Shown one piece after another: positions 15,707-23,036 of a DNA stretch of 32,980 nucleotides. The position numbers were made by a program, and so were the translations under genes. The notes beneath the pieces are model-generated. The model searched no databases. It was not told the origin of the DNA and worked only from the letters and a program-made list of their open reading frames with translations. The stretch is from assembly GCA_963577015.1 (NCBI GenBank), contig CAUYXQ010000001.1, forward strand, positions 1 through 32,980. The letters are read 5' to 3'. The DNA comes from Candidatus Thalassarchaeaceae archaeon. Its GTDB lineage: Archaea > Thermoplasmatota > Poseidoniia > Poseidoniales > Poseidoniaceae. The stretch's first letter is position 1; each line of letters begins with the position of its first letter.

Positions 15707-18700
15707 CTAAAGAAGCCCTGAAAGCGGTTCTACGGGCTCTTCTGGCACTTCAGGCCCTTCTGGTAAATCCTCAAGTGTTTTTTCGTGGGTATCTTCAGGC
15801 ATGCCGAATACCCCCCAATCATCTATCATCTCCATATCTGCAAGTTTTTTCTTCTTACGTAGAATAAAGAGAATCGTTAGAATCGCCACCAATAACAAAC
15901 CGCTGATTCCAGCACTGGTATAGATCACAGCACTACTGATCTCATCGTTAATCTCGACCCGCATCTCCAAAGTGATGGAATCGGTTTTGGCGTCATCACC
16001 CTCACCATCTATAGCGGTAACCTTCAGATAAGGCCGACCACCTGTGTCCGGAGTAAAATCAAGGTTACCCGTCCAAATGCCATCTTCATCTTCATCGCTG
16101 AGATTGAATTCCCAAGTCTGTATTCCATGTGTGATACTGGCGATAACGATATTTGTGGTGCCGTCTGCATCATCGAGTTTGACGCTTACCTCGATTGAAG
16201 CCAATTCACCGGGTACAAATAAAGTGCGGTCAACCTCGAGATTGGAAAGTCTAGGCGAACTATAACCAAGGGTGATATTGACATGGGATTCGTCTGAGCC
16301 TCCTCTTCTATCCTCGACATAGAGTGAGATATGATGGGGGCCAGGGTCCAACGTAATCTCATCACTGGCAGAATCAGAAATACGAGTAAAACCCATGCCA
16401 TTCCATAGCCGCCATTCTCTAAAGGTAATATCGTTATCAGCATCTTTTGTGCCATTGCTATCGAGGAGGATTCCTTGCCCTGGGTCGAAATATTGAGCTT
16501 CACTAGGGGAATAAATAATCGCATGGGGGTCGCTTTCAATCACCTGTACCTGCATTATGACGATACGGGACTTTCCACTTTCATCTGTCAAGTTAAAAGT
16601 CAACTGATGAACACCGGCTGCAAGGATTATCTGATGGACAACGCCGGTACTGACTGACGAAAGTATGGTTTCGTTCATTAGATCACTAGTCAAAGTCATG
16701 GTGAAAGAATCACCGTCAGCGTCCATACTATTCCGGGCATCGATGAGAATAATCTCATCTGAATGATAACCATGAGCGGTTAAATCATCGACCAATATAA
16801 GAGTCGGCGCCGAGGTGTCGACATCGATTTGAATGGTCTTACGCACCACCGAATTCACCCCGTCGTCAATAGCCATTGTGATATTGTGTAGACCGGCTGA
16901 AAGCTGATGATTAAAGATAAACGGATTACTTGCACCAGTGCTTAGCACCCCGTCGACATCACTGCTCCAACTGACGATTAGTATTTGATTTCCAGCAGCG
17001 GTTTCGACCGGATTACAATAATAATTACCCGCGGGGAAGGTGGGACAATGACTATCCCAATCACCGGAATCACTGCCGTTGAATTCGATGTCGTCAGAAC
17101 TATCGTAGGCCTCCGTCGGCGAAGGTGATGCAAATATCGCCCGCGGGGAAGAATCGTCAACCTGCAAGACAGTGCTTTTGTCTGCTGTTTGATTGATGTG
17201 TTCTGGTTGGTCATCACCCGCCATCAAAGTAATGATGTGTTCACCGCGTGATAAATGGCCACTCCAAGATGATCCTAGAGACAATATCCCATCCAAGTTT
17301 GAAGTCCAAGTATAGGATATTTCGTTTGCTTCAGGGTCGATTGTAGTACTGCTCAAAGTAACTTCATTCTGCGAATAATTATCATCTCTAGTGATGATGA
17401 AATCACTATACGGTAACTCGTTGTAAAGTTCGATTGCCAATACCCATTCAACACAAGGGTTAACATCATCGCATACCGATAAAGTGAGATCGAAACTCAT
17501 CTGTCCTACAGTGAAAAAGTTCATGGTTGTATTAAGGCAATCCTCCATGATAACCGAAGCGCTATCTATGCCGGGATGGTTCCAATTGCACTGAAGAGCA
17601 TCTCCCTCAGGGTCGCTAATTCCACTGAGATCGAAGAATGCATCCGCAGTCACCGGTAGGCGCAAATTACCCCAAGCCGACTGGCCGGGAGTGGTTTGAA
17701 CCACGACTATCGGCTGCTGATTTGCCAATTCGATGCCGCGCTGTTCAGATGCACAATTGCTGCTCATATCACATACCTCAAGGGTGATGAGATGTTCGCC
17801 ATCATTCAAAGTTGGGCCTGAATCATCATTTGCAGTAAAAATAGATCCGGTGCCAATTTGGCCGTCAAGACTACTGGTCCAAGTAAAGGTCATCGACTCA
17901 TTTTCCAATTCTCTAGAGCCACTGGCGTTGAAAATCACAGCATGGCCGGAAGAGAATATAGATTGGTCGATTGGGGTTTGCCAATCTATCACTGGTGCCT
18001 GATTACTCAATGGAAGAGTGCAAAAAGAATAATGATCCCCATCGAGGATGATTGTTGTGGTATTACTCACACCATCATATGAACAATCTATCGCTACTTC
18101 GGTAGTTGAGGTTACCCCGCTATCAAACCATTTCCTACCGATGTAATCCTCAAGTAAGATGTATCCATGAACGTCGGCCTGCTGTGAAAAAGCGGTCTCC
18201 AATTGACTGAAAGAGACATCGATGTCTGCCCTAGGTAAGCCATTGCTCCAATTATTAATCACCCAGAGATGGATATCGTAGGCCTCTTCGATGAATGAGC
18301 CAGGGGCCAAAGAAGCAAGTGAGAAATCGATTGCTCCAGGCTTGTGAAGGTGCAGGTGACTATCGGCGTCCAACGATAGTACGTGATTTGCTGTAGAATC
18401 CGAAAGTGCAGACCAGTTTACCTCGGAATCAACAAAACTCAAATCACCATTACAATCACTGGTTATTCTATTACCAAATCCGGTCATCTGATCGTGATTT
18501 GCTATCACCAAACAAGCAGAGCCTGATAAATTTGCATTGCTCAACTCTGAAACCATCTCCAAATTATGGTCTCCATCCCAATACAATCCCTCGTGATTTC
18601 CGTAGAGATCCATGCCATCAAAAACACCTTCAGCAGCCATTATCTCAATAGCTGGGCCACTATTATTGCTCCATACTTTCACAGATTCAAGATTGAAGCT

Positions 18701-20302
18701 ACCCCCTCTTGTGCCGCTTAGTCCAGAATTATTTACCGAGATAGCCGCACCTTCAGTCGGATCGTGAACCTCGATTCCATCGAGCCAGATATCAACTGAA
18801 TCCTCGATAATAATCCCGCGCTGATCCGCGATTGATATACAGTTGATGCAAGAGACATCACCTGATGAAGTCTCTAAATCATTCGAGAGATAGTAGTAAA
18901 GGCCTGCCTCGTCATTACCAGTAGAGGAAAGATTGCTGAAAAGAACATATCTAGCATCAAAAACAAATGCGCCAGATTCACTATTATCCTCCAGGATCAT
19001 ACCATCGACGACGACGGTAGAACGTTCTAGATACAAACCATCTTCACCATTATCGTGCAGATACCAATCACTGCCTTGCATGCCACCGCCAGAAGCGCTG
19101 TGAATTCCAGGTCCAGGGGAACCGCTCACCTCGATATCATCAAAACTAGCGGCGAAGAAACTAGAGCGTATGGCGATACCAGCACTGTGCGCTCCACCAC
19201 CGGCCTTACCTGTATTCTCGATTAGGAAATCGCTGAATGAAGATACACTGTCGACGAAATATAATTCAAGCCCAACAGCCTCATTATCGAAGAGGTGAGC
19301 ATCGGAGATATTTACTCCAGTTGAATTGATTTCGATAGTGGCGAGAGCATGGCCGGGAATGCTGCTATTCGGGCCGCCAGTACCTGAGATGTTCAATCCG
19401 GTTATCGTCGCTTGTAAATAATTGGAATAATTGCTATGGTCGCTCTTCTCGACCCATAACCCTTTCCAAGTCGCATCGGAAATGCTCAAATCGGTGAAGA
19501 CTGGCGAGGTTCGAATATCGTCATCGATGTGTTTGACAACCACGCCATATTCAGCCTTCTCAATAGTGATATTGGAGAATATGGTATTGCTATCCTCGAG
19601 CCAAATGCCTGAAACAGTTGCTAAGGCATTACCACTTACATTCTCTATCAACACATCACTGATTATTCCGGTCGATTCACCCCAGACATTGATGGCGCTG
19701 GTCTTGAGTTGACTGAAATGTGCTCTTTCGATAATTGGAGAACTCTCAGCACCGATTGAGACCCCTATTCCGTAACGCCAATATAATGGGGAAATGATGT
19801 CTTGGCCAGCTCCAAATACGATTAAATCGTTGATGGTTGGATTCGCTAAATTAAAGAGATCAATACCGACGTCATCAGGATTATTGAGGGTTAGATTTGC
19901 GATAAAAGGGTCGCTATCGTATATCGTCAACCCATACTTTGCATTATCAATGGTGGCATTTTCGATATGGCTGACACCACCTCTTGAGGAGGAATTGAAC
20001 TGGATTCCTTCATGATCGCCACTGCCATCACTGGTGATACTTACCGGGCAAGCAGTGGTTCCTTCAATTGTCAGTAGACCTTCGACGTAAATTCTCACTC
20101 CACTCGACATCGAGATACTACTACAAGCGGAAACTATCAATTCATCGTTTACATCTATTGTGTAATCGACCCCAAGCACGATATTTCCAGACCAAGTCTG
20201 GGTGCTACGCGCATCTGAAGCAGAGGCAATTGTGTTCGCCTGAGAAGAGAGAAAAACCAGCAAAACGAGAATATACGTTTTCGTACCATCACGTCGTTGC
20301 AT
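15707..20302 (-). CDS. Giant (1531 aa) type-I surface protein: right-handed parallel beta-helix region, about seven Ig/PKD-like modules, a TM helix and an acidic Pro-rich tail
   Basis: Signal peptide MQRRDGTKTYILVLLVFLSSQANTIASA. Residues ~40-660 show iterated about 22-25-aa beta-helix-like turns (NATIDNAKYGLTIYDS, NLTLNNPDDVGIDLF, ISDVLIENVSGNAL, FSNITIEKAEYGVVV...). Ig-like signatures: FTWTSSLDGQIG...LNDGEHLITLEVCD, YTWTSNLDGILS...SRGEHIITLMAGDD, VSWSSDVDGVLS...SAGLHNITMAIDDG, AAGVHQLTFNLTDESG, PGPHHISLYVEDRRGG. TM helix GLLLVAILTILFIL followed by RKKKK. Confidence 0.9.
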   Translation of the reverse strand: MQRRDGTKTYILVLLVFLSSQANTIASASDARSTQTWSGNIVLGVDYTIDVNDELIVSACSSISMSSGVRIYVEGLLTIEGTTACPVSITSDGSGDHEGIQFNSSSRGGVSHIENATIDNAKYGLTIYDSDPFIANLTLNNPDDVGIDLFNLANPTINDLIVFGAGQDIISPLYWRYGIGVSIGAESSPIIERAHFSQLKTSAINVWGESTGIISDVLIENVSGNALATVSGIWLEDSNTIFSNITIEKAEYGVVVKHIDDDIRTSPVFTDLSISDATWKGLWVEKSDHSNYSNYLQATITGLNISGTGGPNSSIPGHALATIEINSTGVNISDAHLFDNEAVGLELYFVDSVSSFSDFLIENTGKAGGGAHSAGIAIRSSFFAASFDDIEVSGSPGPGIHSASGGGMQGSDWYLHDNGEDGLYLERSTVVVDGMILEDNSESGAFVFDARYVLFSNLSSTGNDEAGLYYYLSNDLETSSGDVSCINCISIADQRGIIIEDSVDIWLDGIEVHDPTEGAAISVNNSGLSGTRGGSFNLESVKVWSNNSGPAIEIMAAEGVFDGMDLYGNHEGLYWDGDHNLEMVSELSNANLSGSACLVIANHDQMTGFGNRITSDCNGDLSFVDSEVNWSALSDSTANHVLSLDADSHLHLHKPGAIDFSLASLAPGSFIEEAYDIHLWVINNWSNGLPRADIDVSFSQLETAFSQQADVHGYILLEDYIGRKWFDSGVTSTTEVAIDCSYDGVSNTTTIILDGDHYSFCTLPLSNQAPVIDWQTPIDQSIFSSGHAVIFNASGSRELENESMTFTWTSSLDGQIGTGSIFTANDDSGPTLNDGEHLITLEVCDMSSNCASEQRGIELANQQPIVVVQTTPGQSAWGNLRLPVTADAFFDLSGISDPEGDALQCNWNHPGIDSASVIMEDCLNTTMNFFTVGQMSFDLTLSVCDDVNPCVEWVLAIELYNELPYSDFIITRDDNYSQNEVTLSSTTIDPEANEISYTWTSNLDGILSLGSSWSGHLSRGEHIITLMAGDDQPEHINQTADKSTVLQVDDSSPRAIFASPSPTEAYDSSDDIEFNGSDSGDWDSHCPTFPAGNYYCNPVETAAGNQILIVSWSSDVDGVLSTGASNPFIFNHQLSAGLHNITMAIDDGVNSVVRKTIQIDVDTSAPTLILVDDLTAHGYHSDEIILIDARNSMDADGDSFTMTLTSDLMNETILSSVSTGVVHQIILAAGVHQLTFNLTDESGKSRIVIMQVQVIESDPHAIIYSPSEAQYFDPGQGILLDSNGTKDADNDITFREWRLWNGMGFTRISDSASDEITLDPGPHHISLYVEDRRGGSDESHVNITLGYSSPRLSNLEVDRTLFVPGELASIEVSVKLDDADGTTNIVIASITHGIQTWEFNLSDEDEDGIWTGNLDFTPDTGGRPYLKVTAIDGEGDDAKTDSITLEMRVEINDEISSAVIYTSAGISGLLLVAILTILFILRKKKKLADMEMIDDWGVFGMPEDTHEKTLEDLPEGPEVPEEPVEPLSGLL
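15953..18010 (-). repeat. About seven tandem ~95-105-aa Ig/PKD-like modules (protein-level repeat) in the giant surface protein
   Basis: Hand-counted residues ~765-1450. Each module carries the recurring (F/Y/V)(T/S)W(T/S)S..DG...(G/S).H.I(T/S)L...D signature. Boundaries are approximate. Confidence 0.6.
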
Positions 20303-20399
20303 ACCTTATCGTGAATGCCGTTATCATTCAAGTGTTTGCCTTCTGTGAGCGAAGAAATATCTGAGGTATCATCAAGAAGGGTATGCGTGTGGCCGTACC

Positions 20400-20633
20400 A
20401 TGCCTGATGCCTTTGTTCTATTCAAAACAGAACCTGCATGTGAGCGCGATGTCTATCTCAGTTTAACTGAAATGGATTCTGTCCAAGAACTTCATGCCTT
20501 ATATGGGAAATTCGATATACTTGCAAGGATTTCCGCACCCGATTCAAATTCTTTGACCCTGATGCTGATGAATGATATCAGACAAATAGGTGGAGTAAAA
20601 GATACACAGACTTTGATCGCTGTCGATGTTTGA
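20400..20633 (+). CDS. Stand-alone RAM domain protein (Lrp/AsnC ligand-binding domain only, no HTH)
   Basis: 77 aa: AFVLFKTEP...V...L.....V.ELHALYGKFDILARISAPD...L..ML.NDIRQIGGVKDTQTLIAVDV. This is the beta-alpha-beta-beta-alpha-beta AsnC_trans_reg pattern. Confidence 0.8.
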   Translation: MPDAFVLFKTEPACERDVYLSLTEMDSVQELHALYGKFDILARISAPDSNSLTLMLMNDIRQIGGVKDTQTLIAVDV

Positions 20634-20638
20634 GGTGA
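20632..20638 (+). promoter_or_regulatory. Shine-Dalgarno site (GAGGTGA) for the second RAM gene
   Basis: It overlaps the TGA stop of the first RAM gene (20631-20633) and lies 4 nt before the ATG at 20643. This suggests translational coupling. Confidence 0.45.
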
Positions 20639-20642
20639 GAAA

Positions 20643-20876
20643 ATGGCCATAGGATTCGTATTGATAACAACCAAACCCGGTAAGGAACAATTTGTCAGAG
20701 ATGCTCTGGACGAGATTGAATACGTCACCAATAAGTGGATTTTATTCGGAGAATTCGATTTAATCGCTCGTATTCAAAGCGATGATGAATTCACCCTGAC
20801 CAAAACCATAGTCGAAAAGATTCGACCTATCGAAGGAATTATTGACACTAGGACTTTGATTGGAGCCGAACTCTAA
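20643..20876 (+). CDS. Stand-alone RAM domain protein, paralog of the preceding gene
   Basis: 77 aa: GFVLITTKP...V...L.....V...WILFGEFDLIARIQSDD..TL...IVEKIRPIEGIIDTRTLIGAEL. Roughly 35-40% identical to the upstream copy by eye. Confidence 0.8.
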   Translation: MAIGFVLITTKPGKEQFVRDALDEIEYVTNKWILFGEFDLIARIQSDDEFTLTKTIVEKIRPIEGIIDTRTLIGAEL

Positions 20877-22991
20877 TCACAGCAACTCGTGCAATTGCTT
20901 GGTCAATTGACGCGCAGCATTATCGCAGCCAGAACCACGCCAAAGTGAGATTGCTTCAGACATCGCTGCCACTTTATTCCCTTCGCCGATCCAAGCTCGC
21001 CAAGTCCATATCAGCGCTGCGACACGGCGCGATGCAGTAAGAGCTTTCAGTGATCTTTTTTCTGGAACGTGGATGGTTTTCAATATTGTGCACGCCATAT
21101 TTGCATCGGTTGGTTCTACTTTTTCCACTAGCGCAAGACTGAGCATCAAGCCTTTTAATCCAGAGATTTTCATTATTCTTTGTTGGATTTTTTCCACGGA
21201 TTTTTCGTTTACCTCAAGTTCAGAAATCTCAGACCTGAGTAATAATATCTGCACCTGAGGATCATTTACACTTGAAATGGTGGCTAATTCATCTCTCACT
21301 TGAGCAGCCTTGACACGGTCACCTTCAAGCAAAGCTTGCGCATGCCTGATGTGAGATAGAGCCACCAGAATATGAGGGCGTAACTCGCTGTCTAGCTTGG
21401 AGATATCCAGTGATTCAATAATTGAATCAAGGTCGGCTTGCGGCTTTTGGCGTGGTAAACGGTCATCCAATGCTCGCACCGCTTTGGCCACCACCATTCT
21501 CGCTTGGTCATCAACCTTAGATTCAATACGTTCAACATCGTCCATTCGGCCTTCTAGTAAGGCTAAGCGTAAATCCAAATCAGGAGCATCTATTTGCTGA
21601 AGATGCGCTTTGGCAATATCATTCTCCCCGCGTTCGATGGCGATAAAAGCTGCTAACCGATGTAATGAAGGGGTGCTATTGCGCAAAAGCGCATCCGCGA
21701 TTAATACCGCTAGGGCCGAATCGTGCTCGACCAAGAGTTTCTCACTATTCGCGAGTAGATGAGATTCACTATCCTCATCGCAGATCACACGAAGATGGAG
21801 TTCAATCAATCGAGCCAAATCATCGGGCAAATCACACCAATAGTCCAATGCTTCACGAAATGTGTTTTGGTCGAGGTCGACAAATCGAACATTTCGCAGC
21901 AAATGTTGTAATTCTACGGATTCGTTTAGCCACCGAATCAAGGCTCTTTCGTCGAGTAACACAATCGAGTCTTGATCACGTAACATTTCACAGGGTACTG
22001 GAATGGGTAACAAGGCCATGTTGTCCACGCAATTGAGTTCAACCTCATTCAAGCCAGATAATACGACATCCGAAACCCATTGAAGCAAGTCATCTCCCGC
22101 TTCGGGAAGGTGGGATTTTTCGTCGTGTAATTGTAATGCAAGGGGATGGCCACCTAGTCTTTGAGCGATGATTTTCCGCCCATCTCCAAGATGTTCAGGT
22201 AATAATTCAATCGCATCGCCGACTTCGAGCGGAGGCAACTCAATCTGTTCAAAATCTTCGGGAAAGGGTGAAGGTGGGCGACTGGCGATAATGATATTCT
22301 TCACCTTATTACAAAAAGAGATGACTTTAGACAGATGCCTGCTACTTAATTCCTGAATTCCATCTAGGATTAATGTCTCATTACCAATCGATTTCAATGC
22401 GGCCTCAGGACTGGAATATTCGATTTCCCAAGCGGATAGAAGAGAGGACAAATCACTGAAATATACAGCGGTAGCAAAGCGAACTCGTCCTCCTTTAGCA
22501 ACCGATCTCCGGGCGTATTCGGCTAAGACCGCACTTTTACCAATTCCTGGTAATCCGGTGATTATTCTTCGCCCGCCCTGTGACAACAACCCATCGATGA
22601 ACTCTTTACGGCCTTTCAATTCTACGATTTCAGGTGGCTTACCATACAATATTCCCTTACCTTCACTGCTTTTCACTTCGGCCTCTCCAACCGATTCTCT
22701 TCCGGCTAAAGTAAGGTGGTAGACCTTTCTCTTGCGTGAACCACCAGCGATAACGTGGGCCTTTCTTTCACTGATTAATTCACCCTTGAGCAATTCGGTA
22801 ATCGGGCTATTTAGTGCTGATCTCACCACCCCGAGCGCCTCGGCGATCCCAGGCAAGCAAATCCCGCGTGGAACATCCCACGCTTTTTCCATGCTCGGTG
22901 GAAAAGCGGCCAACCACGCCAAGATTCGCTGCCTGGACGAACCGGTCATAGTAGGGACTATCCCATGGTCATTGTATCGTTTTCCCATCAT
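20877..22991 (-). CDS. STAND-class NTPase (NB-ARC/AP-ATPase-like) with an N-terminal winged HTH and a C-terminal alpha-helical repeat arm; putative signal-sensing transcription regulator
   Basis: wHTH: LPGIAEALGVVRSALNSPITELLKGELISERKAHVIAGGSRKRKVYHLTLAG. Walker A: GLPGIGKS (22533-22556). Walker B: TLILDG. Then NIIIASR, LPPLEVGDAIELL and GGHPLAL (22134-22154). These are followed by LLPIPVPCEMLRD...LIRW and about 350 aa of helical sequence. Confidence 0.85.
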   Translation of the reverse strand: MMGKRYNDHGIVPTMTGSSRQRILAWLAAFPPSMEKAWDVPRGICLPGIAEALGVVRSALNSPITELLKGELISERKAHVIAGGSRKRKVYHLTLAGRESVGEAEVKSSEGKGILYGKPPEIVELKGRKEFIDGLLSQGGRRIITGLPGIGKSAVLAEYARRSVAKGGRVRFATAVYFSDLSSLLSAWEIEYSSPEAALKSIGNETLILDGIQELSSRHLSKVISFCNKVKNIIIASRPPSPFPEDFEQIELPPLEVGDAIELLPEHLGDGRKIIAQRLGGHPLALQLHDEKSHLPEAGDDLLQWVSDVVLSGLNEVELNCVDNMALLPIPVPCEMLRDQDSIVLLDERALIRWLNESVELQHLLRNVRFVDLDQNTFREALDYWCDLPDDLARLIELHLRVICDEDSESHLLANSEKLLVEHDSALAVLIADALLRNSTPSLHRLAAFIAIERGENDIAKAHLQQIDAPDLDLRLALLEGRMDDVERIESKVDDQARMVVAKAVRALDDRLPRQKPQADLDSIIESLDISKLDSELRPHILVALSHIRHAQALLEGDRVKAAQVRDELATISSVNDPQVQILLLRSEISELEVNEKSVEKIQQRIMKISGLKGLMLSLALVEKVEPTDANMACTILKTIHVPEKRSLKALTASRRVAALIWTWRAWIGEGNKVAAMSEAISLWRGSGCDNAARQLTKQLHELL

Positions 22992-23036
22992 TGCTCAAAT
23001 CCCATAATTGATGTTAGACGACCTTATGCCTAGGTT

